Notes: generated by a model from the sequence alone, not told the origin. 64,000 bases of DNA from Candidatus Vogelbacteria bacterium (GCA_903864935.1 CAIPHT010000007.1:16293-80292), one strand, 5' to 3'. Shown: positions 38,155-46,033, numbered from the stretch's first letter. Numbers and translations: made by a program.

Positions 38155-38764
38155 CCTTAGCGAGCGAGATGTAGCTCTTAAGAAAATCAGAGACGAAGTC
38201 TTAACCCTAGAAGACTCGCCTCTGTTTTTGTATCGGACAGAGAATAATTATTTGCCGGTGATCGGCGAAGGGAGTCACATTGCGAAGATTATGTTGGTGG
38301 GGGAGGCCCCAGGGAGGAATGAGGCGAAGTCGGGCAAACCTTTTTGTGGTTCGGCGGGAAAGATCTTAGACTCTCTCTTGGCCGAAGCCGGATTAAAAAG
38401 AGAAGAAATTTATATTACGAATATTGTCAAAGACCGACCACAAAAGAATAGAGATCCCTTGCCAGAGGAGATAGAAATGTATGGCCCATTTTTAGACCGG
38501 CAAATTGATATCATTCAGCCGAGAGTTTTAGTTGGCCTCGGGCGTTATTCATCCAAGTATCTCCTAGGGAAATTTGGTTTGGCCGAAGCAACACTCCCAA
38601 TTAGTGAACTCCACGGGAGGGCTTTTGAGGCAGTCGCTCCTTATGGTAAAGTGACCATAGTCCCTCTCTACCACCCCGCCGCCGCGATTTATAACCAACG
38701 CCTGATTGAGACTCTCAAAAAAGATTTTAAGATTTTGCCCTCCCTCCTCCCGCCAGACCTCTAG
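38135..38764 (+). CDS. udg: uracil-DNA glycosylase family 4
   Basis: VGEAPG, PFCG.AG, YITNIVK.RP, LYHPAA. Confidence 0.93.
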   Translation: MAITKNNLSERDVALKKIRDEVLTLEDSPLFLYRTENNYLPVIGEGSHIAKIMLVGEAPGRNEAKSGKPFCGSAGKILDSLLAEAGLKREEIYITNIVKDRPQKNRDPLPEEIEMYGPFLDRQIDIIQPRVLVGLGRYSSKYLLGKFGLAEATLPISELHGRAFEAVAPYGKVTIVPLYHPAAAIYNQRLIETLKKDFKILPSLLPPDL

Positions 38765-38815
38765 TGCTGTGCCCCTCGAAGCTTTAGCGAAGTGGGGAGC
38801 CCGAGGTCTGGCGGG
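38749..38815. repeat. palindromic element overlapping the udg stop
   Basis: 13-bp stem CCCGCCAGACCTC/GAGGTCTGGCGGG enclosing CCCCTCGAAGCTTTAGCGAAGTGGGG. Confidence 0.7.
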
Positions 38816-38850
38816 TCTTAAATTGTCTTAAAACAAGGCTTTTCTTACTA

Positions 38851-38880
38851 TTGACAAGTAGGGCAATTTGGGTGTATAAT
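38851..38880 (+). promoter_or_regulatory. sigma70 promoter
   Basis: TTGACA-18-TATAAT. Confidence 0.75.
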
Positions 38881-39011
38881 GTAAGTAGAAGTTTGAAATA
38901 GAAATAGCGTTTTTTGTGAGGCAAACCGTGTTTGTCTTGCTGTCTTGTTTGGCCTCTTGCCTATCAGGTGAGAGGAACCCCCGACTATCAGTCGGGAGAA
39001 AGGCTACGGCC

Positions 39012-39605
39012 ATGTCAAAGTATGGACACAGAACAGGAGACTGGTGTGAGGCGATTGTGAACAAGCTTGGAGGAGAAGAAGCGGCTGACGCTTTCCTTCG
39101 GGACGAGTTGGTCATCTCCAAACGGCCCGCCGATGCCATCCTCGAGTTCGTCGGCACGGCCAACATCGCCGCCACGACAACGAAGTTCGTCGCCAAGGAA
39201 AAGTTCAAGCTGAAGAAGGATGGGGGCATCTGCTCCTATATCGGCGACAACTTCAAGGACTGGTTCGGCGGCAAAGAGGAGGATCCGCTTGCCGAAACCA
39301 CGCTCCGCTATGCCAAACTCCGCAAGTCGTCCGTCGACACCCCGATTGTCGCCGAGCTTGGCGGTGAAGCAAAGGCCGAGACCACGTTGACGGAAGTCTT
39401 TGGTCTTATGTCCAAACAGGCCAAGGCCGAGACTGGCGTTCTCCTCACCAATGGCTGGGCGAACATCTTCTATGTTCGCGATCAGAATGGTGTGTTGCGC
39501 GCGGTCTTCGTCCACTGGGACGACGGCGGCTGGAGCGTGCACGCGGGCGAGCTCGGCTACCCGGATACGTGGCTCGATGGCTACCAGGTGTTCTCTCGCA
39601 ATTAG
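39012..39605 (+). CDS. putative DGR target (variable) protein, family 2
   Basis: GC-rich ORF; C-terminus VLRAVFVHWDDGGWSVHAGELGYPDTWLDGYQVFSRN with NNC codons at the apparently variable sites; two hairpins downstream. Confidence 0.7.
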   Translation: MSKYGHRTGDWCEAIVNKLGGEEAADAFLRDELVISKRPADAILEFVGTANIAATTTKFVAKEKFKLKKDGGICSYIGDNFKDWFGGKEEDPLAETTLRYAKLRKSSVDTPIVAELGGEAKAETTLTEVFGLMSKQAKAETGVLLTNGWANIFYVRDQNGVLRAVFVHWDDGGWSVHAGELGYPDTWLDGYQVFSRN

Positions 39606-39674
39606 CGCTTAGGGTCTTGGAAACTTCGGGTTTCTGACCCTTAGATCCTTTTGACCCTTTGGCCCTGTTCCCTT

Positions 39675-39712
39675 AACCCCCGGACGCATTTCGTCCGGGG
39701 GTTTCGCTTTTT
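39675..39712 (+). terminator. hairpin/terminator after the DGR-target-like gene
   Basis: AACCCCCGGACG-cattt-CGTCCGGGGGTT. Confidence 0.75.
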
Positions 39713-39727
39713 GGGAATTGTTATAGA

Positions 39728-40255
39728 ATGAGGGGGATGAATCTAGCCTTTATTGACGGGCAAAATTTGTATTTCAACACGGCCAAAAAAGAAATTGAGC
39801 CGTGGGTGGTGGATTTGGCCCGTTTTCGAATTTATTTGGAGAAAAAATATCAAGTCAAAGAGGCTTATTATTTTTTGGGTTATGAACAAGAAGAGAATAA
39901 AGATTTGTATGAAGAAATTAGAAAAGCTGGATTTGTTTTAAAATTTCGCAGTCATAATTTAGCAATGGAGGGTAAGAAAAAGGGTAATGTCGATTCGGAC
40001 ATTATCTTTCACATTATGAAAAAGTTATACAAAAAGGAGGATTTCGATAAGATTGTCTTAGTTTCTGGTGACGGGGACTATAAATTACTGGTTGATTTTC
40101 TGATTGAGGAGGGGAAATTTGAGAGAATTTTGTTCCCGGACAAGAGATTTAGATCGTCTTTGTATCAAGAATTGGGTTCAGAATATTTTGATTATCTAGA
40201 AAGCAAGAGTATTAAAGAAAAAATTCAGTATAAACGAAAAGGGCTCCTTAGGTAG
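39728..40255 (+). CDS. NYN (LabA/PIN-like) ribonuclease
   Basis: AFIDGQNL, KKGNVDSDI, VSGDGDY; start may be 39737. Confidence 0.9.
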   Translation: MRGMNLAFIDGQNLYFNTAKKEIEPWVVDLARFRIYLEKKYQVKEAYYFLGYEQEENKDLYEEIRKAGFVLKFRSHNLAMEGKKKGNVDSDIIFHIMKKLYKKEDFDKIVLVSGDGDYKLLVDFLIEEGKFERILFPDKRFRSSLYQELGSEYFDYLESKSIKEKIQYKRKGLLR

Positions 40256-40288
40256 TTAGCCGTTCGGATCCCTTTTCTTCTGAATACT
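40231..40288 (-). ncRNA. putative NYN-associated three-way-junction small RNA, copy 2
   Basis: Minus-strand TTGACT(40320-15)-17-(TG)TATTAT(40297-92); GAAAAGGG..CC-GAAC-GG..CC-TAA-GG..CCCTTTTC overlapping the NYN 3' end. Confidence 0.6.
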
Positions 40289-40339
40289 TAAATAATAGCA
40301 AAATAGACAGAAAAAGTCAACCAAGTATAATGCAATAAT

Positions 40340-41101
40340 ATGTCCACTAAACTCAAAATTTATTCTTGGAATGTGAATGGCATACGCGCGGCGGTGAAGA
40401 ACGGTTTTGTGGAGTGGTTGAAGGAGGAGAAGCCAGATATTGTGGGTCTCCAAGAAATTAAAATTAATGACGTAGCCCGAGCCAAAGAGGAATTCGATTT
40501 TGCCGGTTACAATGAGTATTGGCATCATGCCAAGCGCCCGGGCTATTCAGGGACAGCTGTTCTCTCAAAGATTGAACCCATTTCTGTTAGTCGTGGTGAT
40601 TGGGATGACGAAGGGCGGGTGATAACCCTTGAGTTTGAGAAGTTCTATTTTGTTAATTGTTATTTTCCTAACTCGCAACACGAGTTAGCTCGGCTTGATT
40701 TCAAAGAAGAATTTAATAAGAAGTGGCTGGCTTATATTAAGAAGTTAGAGGAGAAGAAACCGGTCGTCACTTGTGGCGACTTCAATGTGGCCCATCAAGA
40801 GATAGACTTGGCTCGACCTAAGGATAATGTTGGCAACCCTGGCTTTACCAATGAAGAGCGAGCATGGGCCGATAAATTCCTCCAACATGGCCTCATTGAT
40901 ACCTATCGCTTGATAAATGGCGACAAAGTGCAGTATTCTTGGTGGAGTTATCGGATGGCGGCCCGTGCGCGGAATATTGGTTGGCGTATTGATTATTTTC
41001 TCGTGAGCGAGAAATTAAAGAAAAATATTAAGGATGCTTTTATTCATGATACCCAGATGGGCTCCGACCATTGCCCGGTCGGAATTGTTCTTGAGATTTA
41101 A
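40340..41101 (+). CDS. xth: exodeoxyribonuclease III / AP endonuclease
   Basis: SWNVNGIRA, LQEIK, GDFNVAH, GWRIDY, SDHCP. Confidence 0.96.
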   Translation: MSTKLKIYSWNVNGIRAAVKNGFVEWLKEEKPDIVGLQEIKINDVARAKEEFDFAGYNEYWHHAKRPGYSGTAVLSKIEPISVSRGDWDDEGRVITLEFEKFYFVNCYFPNSQHELARLDFKEEFNKKWLAYIKKLEEKKPVVTCGDFNVAHQEIDLARPKDNVGNPGFTNEERAWADKFLQHGLIDTYRLINGDKVQYSWWSYRMAARARNIGWRIDYFLVSEKLKKNIKDAFIHDTQMGSDHCPVGIVLEI

Positions 41102-41103
41102 CT

Positions 41104-41134
41104 TTACTACTTACTACTTATTACTTACTACTAC
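41104..41134. repeat. short imperfect tandem repeat (TTACTAC-like)
   Basis: ttactacttactacttattacttactactac between xth and holA. Confidence 0.7.
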
Positions 41135-41139
41135 CCAAA

Positions 41140-41955
41140 ATGATCTACCTTTTTTATGGCAATGATGAGATAAGAAGTCGCGATAAGTATAACGCGGTGA
41201 TTAATTTGCTTTTGGCGAAGAGTCCTGAGGCGAGCCTCTTCCGTCTCACTAAAGAAACCTTCAAAGAAGATGATGTGAGCGAATTAACCCGCGGGCAAGG
41301 CCTCTTCTATAATAAATTTATTGTGGCTTGTGATAATCTTTTGAGTCCGGTTAAAAAAGTGAAGGAAGGTAAGGACGAGAAAGACCCCTCGACTGCGCTC
41401 GGGGCAGGGGATGGCGATAATTCTTTTGTGGAAAGTGAGGAGAAGAGTGATAAAACAGATTGGATTAAATTAGCGGCGAAGTCGGAGAATGTTTTTATTT
41501 TTCTTGAGAATAATTTGCCGGCGAAGACTTTAGAAAAGCTGGAGAAATTGGCGGCTAAGACCCAAAACTTCGAGAAGAGTGGGGGAGCCCTCCGACTTTA
41601 TGGTGGAGCTCCTGGCTTCAACATTTTCTCAATCACCGACGCCTTCACGGCCAAGAATAAGAATCGCGCTTGGGCCCTCTATCAAGAGGCGATGATGCAT
41701 GGCATTTCATCTGAAGAAATATTATGGAAGTTGATTTGGGCGACAAATAACTTAATGTTGGTGAAGAATACTAAAGATGCGAGCAAGCTCAAGATGAAGC
41801 CCTTCCCTTTGGCCAAAGCTAAGTCGGCCGCCAAGACTTTCTCTAATGATGAACTTAAAAAACTCTCGGGGAGCTTCGTTGATCTCTATCACGAGAACTA
41901 CCTTGGGACTGACGAGTTTGAGTTTGGGTTAGAGAGGATAATCTTAAGTATTTGA
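41140..41955 (+). CDS. holA: DNA polymerase III delta subunit (divergent)
   Basis: MIYLFYGND, GQGLF, FNIFSITDA, KPFP..KA, LERIIL. Confidence 0.8.
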   Translation: MIYLFYGNDEIRSRDKYNAVINLLLAKSPEASLFRLTKETFKEDDVSELTRGQGLFYNKFIVACDNLLSPVKKVKEGKDEKDPSTALGAGDGDNSFVESEEKSDKTDWIKLAAKSENVFIFLENNLPAKTLEKLEKLAAKTQNFEKSGGALRLYGGAPGFNIFSITDAFTAKNKNRAWALYQEAMMHGISSEEILWKLIWATNNLMLVKNTKDASKLKMKPFPLAKAKSAAKTFSNDELKKLSGSFVDLYHENYLGTDEFEFGLERIILSI

Positions 41956-41990
41956 AATTAGCCAGAATTTTGCTATTATCTTCTTGTTAT

Positions 41991-42063
41991 CCGCTCATAG
42001 CTCAGCTGGTAGAGCAGCTCCCTTTTAAGGAGACGGTCGCAGGTTCGATTCCTGCTGAGCGGA
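41991..42063 (+). tRNA. tRNA-Lys(UUU)
   Basis: CCGCTCA/TGAGCGG acceptor, anticodon loop CTTTTAA, GGTTCGATTCC. Confidence 0.93.
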
Positions 42064-42279
42064 CAAAATAAAGAACCGCGTAGGCGGTTTTTATTTTGTC
42101 CGCGAAAGCAAGCAAACTGCTTTGCTTGCGAGCAGGAATCGAACAGCGGAGCGATGTTTCTTCACCAGAAGAAACTAGCGAGCTGGTGCCCAGACAAGAC
42201 CGAGCGACGGCGAGGGCTTAGTCGCGGGAGATTCCTTTGTGGCTAGAAAAAAAGTTAATGGACTGGTATTGTAACTCTA

Positions 42280-42753
42280 ATGAAAAAAGAAGCTATAATT
42301 ATCCTCCCCGACATTCGGAGTTCTCTAAATGTTGGCTCAATCTTTCGCACCGCTGATGCCTGTGGGGTGAGCAAAATATACCTTGCTGGCTATACTCCGG
42401 CGCCTGTCGATCAATTCGGACGAGCTGATAAACAGATTGCGAAGACGGCTCTCGGGGCCGAGAAGAACATCCCTTGGGAGAAGGCCGAAGGTATTGATAA
42501 ACTTATCACTAAATTAAAAAAAGAGGGATTTTATATTGTTGCCATCGAGCAAGCTGAGAATTCGGTTGATTATAAAAAAGTTAAGGCCAAGGCTAAAACT
42601 GCTTTTCTCTTTGGCAACGAAGTTGAGGGTATCTCCAAAACTATTCTGAAAAAGTGCGATGTGACTGCCGAGATCCCGATGGCGGGGGACAAGGAATCCC
42701 TTAATGTCTCCGTCTCCGCCGGCGTGGCTTTATTTCGGATTTTGAATGTATAA
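42280..42753 (+). CDS. TrmH/SpoU RNA methyltransferase
   Basis: NVGSIFRTADA, FGNEVEG, IPM.G.KESLNVS. Confidence 0.93.
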   Translation: MKKEAIIILPDIRSSLNVGSIFRTADACGVSKIYLAGYTPAPVDQFGRADKQIAKTALGAEKNIPWEKAEGIDKLITKLKKEGFYIVAIEQAENSVDYKKVKAKAKTAFLFGNEVEGISKTILKKCDVTAEIPMAGDKESLNVSVSAGVALFRILNV

Positions 42754-42870
42754 AAAAGGGCCATCACTGAGTCGGTGCCCTTTTTCGCTCGCCACTACTT
42801 GGGCTCTCCGATTCGCGAGGTTTACTCTTTCCTCGTTCTCACCATTGGACTGGCTGTGATGGCCGTTTGA
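42752..42870 (-). ncRNA. putative structured small RNA A
   Basis: Minus-strand (TG)TAAGCT -10; 5' GGCCATCAC pairs with 3' GTGATGGCC in the terminator; internal hairpins. Confidence 0.45.
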
Positions 42871-42906
42871 ACAGCTTAACATAATACTTAGTTAAGTAAA
42901 CATCTC

Positions 42907-42944
42907 TTGACATTTAATTTAGCTGTAATACAATGTATTACAGC
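42907..42944 (+). promoter_or_regulatory. TA promoter with palindromic operator
   Basis: TTGACA-16-TACAAT overlapped by GCTGTAATAC-aat-GTATTACAGC. Confidence 0.8.
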
Positions 42945-42969
42945 ATTATTAATATAATAAAATAATAAT

Positions 42970-43185
42970 ATGCGTAGCATTGTAAATATTTCATTACCTC
43001 CTAGTTTGCTTAAGGAGGTCAACAAAGAGGTCAAAGATGGCGGGTTTGCTTCTAAGAGTGAATTTTTCCGTCAGCTTTTGCGATCTTGGCGCGAGGCCAA
43101 ACTCTTTTTAGAGTTAGAAAAAAGTCACAAAGAAGTCCTGGCTGGCAAGGCTAAGGTGCTAAAGTCTCTTAAAGATCTTCGTTAA
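42970..43185 (+). CDS. ribbon-helix-helix antitoxin
   Basis: VNISLP..L..EV...V..GGFASKSEFFRQLLR; upstream of a RelE-like gene. Confidence 0.85.
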   Translation: MRSIVNISLPPSLLKEVNKEVKDGGFASKSEFFRQLLRSWREAKLFLELEKSHKEVLAGKAKVLKSLKDLR

Positions 43186-43189
43186 AAAC

Positions 43190-43447
43190 ATGAAACTTTT
43201 TTACACTAGCAAATTTGCTCGGGAGTATAAAAAGTTGAATACAGAAATCCAGGATCTGGTGGATGGGAAAATAGAGATATTCAGGGAATCCTCGTTTTCT
43301 TCCAAGCTAAGAACACACAAGCTTCACGGTTCGCTGGCTAATTATTATGCTTTTTCTGTTACCTCAAAAATAAGGATTATTTTTCGTTATGGTGAAAAAG
43401 GGGAGGCTTATCTTCATTCCGTTGGTGATCACGGAATTTATGAATAA
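43190..43447 (+). CDS. RelE/YafQ-family mRNA interferase toxin
   Basis: YTSKFAREYKKL, LRTHKLHG, RIIF, VGDHGIY. Confidence 0.88.
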   Translation: MKLFYTSKFAREYKKLNTEIQDLVDGKIEIFRESSFSSKLRTHKLHGSLANYYAFSVTSKIRIIFRYGEKGEAYLHSVGDHGIYE

Positions 43448-43449
43448 AT

Positions 43450-43585
43450 AAAAAAGGCCATCGCTTGGTTGCCTTTTTTGGACTTGAAGTCCTCAGGGTC
43501 TCCTGTCAACTCAAGTAGAATACTACACTCTTGAGGCACAGGTCAGTGCAGCCGACCCCACAATAGGGGGTTGCGATGGCAAATT
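43450..43585 (-). ncRNA. putative structured small RNA B (same architecture as A)
   Basis: Minus-strand (TG)TAAATT -10; 5' GCCATCGC pairs with 3' GCGATGGC in the terminator; three internal hairpins. Confidence 0.45.
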
Positions 43586-43613
43586 CAATTTAGCATATAT
43601 TTTAATTTTAAAC

Positions 43614-43740
43614 AAAAAAGCCCTGCCGTTGGAAATACGGCAGGGTGGACAGAGCCATACGCTAGTCGGGGTCCGTCTGGTGCTTCAGTTTGACCTCCAC
43701 CACAGACTAGATTTTCCCGAGCCTGCAACGCATAACCCAA
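43614..43740 (-). ncRNA. putative structured small RNA C, or structured 3' UTR of mutM, ending in a terminator
   Basis: GGGTTATGCG/CGTATGGCTC closing stem; terminator CCCTGCCGT/ACGGCAGGG plus U-run; TATAAT at 43751-46. Confidence 0.35.
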
Positions 43741-43767
43741 ATCCAATTATATTTCTAGCAGATTACC

Positions 43768-44673
43768 TTACTTTTGGCAACTGGCACAAAAGTGAGTACC
43801 CCTGCCGGCGTGGCGGATCTTTTGGATCGGGCGACCACAGACCTTGCAAGGCTCGCCTTCGCGACCATAGACATTAAGATGGGGGACGAAGCCGCCCCTG
43901 GTGCCATCGCTCCGGCGGTAATTGCGAGAGGAAGTGCCTTTCTTTTGGATTGAGAGCTTGAGAACTTTAATAATATTGTCTCGCAAATTTTTTATCTCCG
44001 CTGGCTTGAGGGTTGAAACTTTTCTCGTTGGGAGAAATTTAGACAAGAAGCAGGCTTCATCGGCATAGATATTCCCAATCCCAGCAATCAGGGTTTGATC
44101 AAGAAGTATTTGTTTGATTGTTCTATTTTTATATTTCTTAAATATCTCAGCAAGAAGGCTGGGAGTGAAGATGGGGGAGAGCGGTTCGGGGCCGATATTC
44201 TCGACGAGTTTGCCTATTTGCTTATCATCCGCTAGTCTTACCCAACCAAATTTGCGCAGGTCATTGAAGTAGAGTTTAGACTTATCAGTGAATTCAAAAA
44301 TGAGGCGAGTGTATTTGGAGGGTTGCTTCTCGAGCATTTGGTCATCGGGATGTCCTCCAAGGACCGCTTGCCCGAGGACAGTCCTTGAACTGCCCCTAAG
44401 GACTGTCCTCGGGCAAGCTGGAACAAAAATTAATTGCCCTGTCATCTTGAGATGCACCGCGAGCGCCAAGTCACCCTCAAAATCAATAAAAAGCATTTTG
44501 GCCCTGCGCCTTACTTCTTTTATTTTTTTCCCTTTTATTTGTTTGAGAAATTCGTTGGGTGAGAAAGGACCCACCGTTTTAGCCCAAAGAACCTGAGTGT
44601 CTTTAATCTCCAGACCAATCAGGACTTTATTTAGTTCGCGTTTTAGAGTCTCAACTTCTGGTAGTTCGGGCAT
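43768..44673 (-). CDS. mutM: formamidopyrimidine-DNA glycosylase
   Basis: MPELPEVET, HLKMTG, DLRKFG, GIGNIYADE, C-terminal zinc finger. Confidence 0.97.
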   Translation of the reverse strand: MPELPEVETLKRELNKVLIGLEIKDTQVLWAKTVGPFSPNEFLKQIKGKKIKEVRRRAKMLFIDFEGDLALAVHLKMTGQLIFVPACPRTVLRGSSRTVLGQAVLGGHPDDQMLEKQPSKYTRLIFEFTDKSKLYFNDLRKFGWVRLADDKQIGKLVENIGPEPLSPIFTPSLLAEIFKKYKNRTIKQILLDQTLIAGIGNIYADEACFLSKFLPTRKVSTLKPAEIKNLRDNIIKVLKLSIQKKGTSSRNYRRSDGTRGGFVPHLNVYGREGEPCKVCGRPIQKIRHAGRGTHFCASCQK

Positions 44674-44686
44674 AAAACCCAATATA

Positions 44687-46021
44687 CTATGAATTTAGAA
44701 TTTTCTGCAATTCTTCTTTAACGACGATGCGATCATCCCAAGGGGAAGTAATTCCATTGACGGTGATGGATTGCTCAGCGCCTTTGCCAGTGATTATCAC
44801 CACGTCACCTGAGCGGGCGAGGGAGAGGCACTTATTGATGCCGGCGCGGCGGTCTTCGATTACAAATAAATTTTCATTTCTGGTTTTGCCATTAACTTCG
44901 GCCACTTTGGCAATATCCTCGGCAATCTCGGTCGGGCTGTCATCATAAGGGTCAACATTACTTACCACTACATAGTCGGCCCGTTTGCCCACAATCTCGC
45001 CCATTAGGGCGCGCTTAGCTTTGTCGCGACCACCACCCTCGGCTCCTAAGTTCACAATAATCCGCCGGCTGGCGGAACCCGTGTCATTTTCTCGAATCAT
45101 CTCAGCTGTCTCCATTGCTCGCGTCATGCTCTCTTTCTCGTGGGCATAGTCCACAATTACGGTGAAGTCTTGCCCTAAGTTTATCTTTTCCATTCGGCCG
45201 GGGATTAAGCTTAATTTGGCTAAGCCATTTTTAATTTGATCATTCGAGAGCCCGGCTTCTTGGCCAACAATAATGGCTGGTAAAGCGTTGTAGATATTAA
45301 AAGCGCCAACGATATTAATTTTGTATTTCTCATTATTAACTTCGAATTCTACCCCTTCTTCGTTGCCGGAGATATTGGTGGCGATAAAAGCAGCATCTGT
45401 TTCTAAGCCGTATGTAATTTTTTTATCGGCGGGGAAGCTTAAGAAGAAATCTTTGTTTGGGTCGTCATTATTAATAACCGAAAGTGATTTAATCTCACGA
45501 TTTCCTATTATTTTTTTGTGGTTTTTAAGGGTAGCAAAGAGTTCACCTTTTTTACCCTTATATTCCTCGAAGCTGTTGTTGTGAGAGGCGAGATGTTCTG
45601 GCGTGAGGTTGGTAAATATAACCCAATCATAATTAATGCCAATGTGGCGGAATTGTTTGATACCCTCTGAGGTGGTCTCGACAATACAATATTTACATCC
45701 AGCATCGAGCATTTGCTTGAAGAACTTTTGCAGGACGAAGCGCCCAGGCATGGTCATGTGGTATTTGTTTAGAATCTCTTTGTCTCCAATTCTTATGTTT
45801 GCTGTCCCTGTCAGCCCAGTTTTTAGGCCGTTCTCATTAAGAACTGACCAGAGGAAATTGCCGGCGGAGGTCTTGCCCTTGGTGCCTGTTATCCCAATAA
45901 CAATCATCTTGTTTGTGGGATGACCATAATAAAAGGCGGCTAAGTGGGAGAGGGCCCAGTGGTAACGAAGGAAAAGTTTTTCTGGTAAGAACCTTTTAAT
46001 TATTCTTTTTAATTTCTTCAT
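44687..46021 (-). CDS. murE: UDP-MurNAc-tripeptide ligase
   Basis: ITGTKGKTS, ETTSEG, TNLTPEHL, PGRME, VDYAH, TGKGAE. Confidence 0.9.
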   Translation of the reverse strand: MKKLKRIIKRFLPEKLFLRYHWALSHLAAFYYGHPTNKMIVIGITGTKGKTSAGNFLWSVLNENGLKTGLTGTANIRIGDKEILNKYHMTMPGRFVLQKFFKQMLDAGCKYCIVETTSEGIKQFRHIGINYDWVIFTNLTPEHLASHNNSFEEYKGKKGELFATLKNHKKIIGNREIKSLSVINNDDPNKDFFLSFPADKKITYGLETDAAFIATNISGNEEGVEFEVNNEKYKINIVGAFNIYNALPAIIVGQEAGLSNDQIKNGLAKLSLIPGRMEKINLGQDFTVIVDYAHEKESMTRAMETAEMIRENDTGSASRRIIVNLGAEGGGRDKAKRALMGEIVGKRADYVVVSNVDPYDDSPTEIAEDIAKVAEVNGKTRNENLFVIEDRRAGINKCLSLARSGDVVIITGKGAEQSITVNGITSPWDDRIVVKEELQKILNS

Positions 46022-46033
46022 TTTGTTTTTTAG

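Noticed and set aside
43629-43877. 82-aa plus-strand ORF
   Set aside because: Overlaps the mutM 3' end antisense and starts inside a terminator hairpin.
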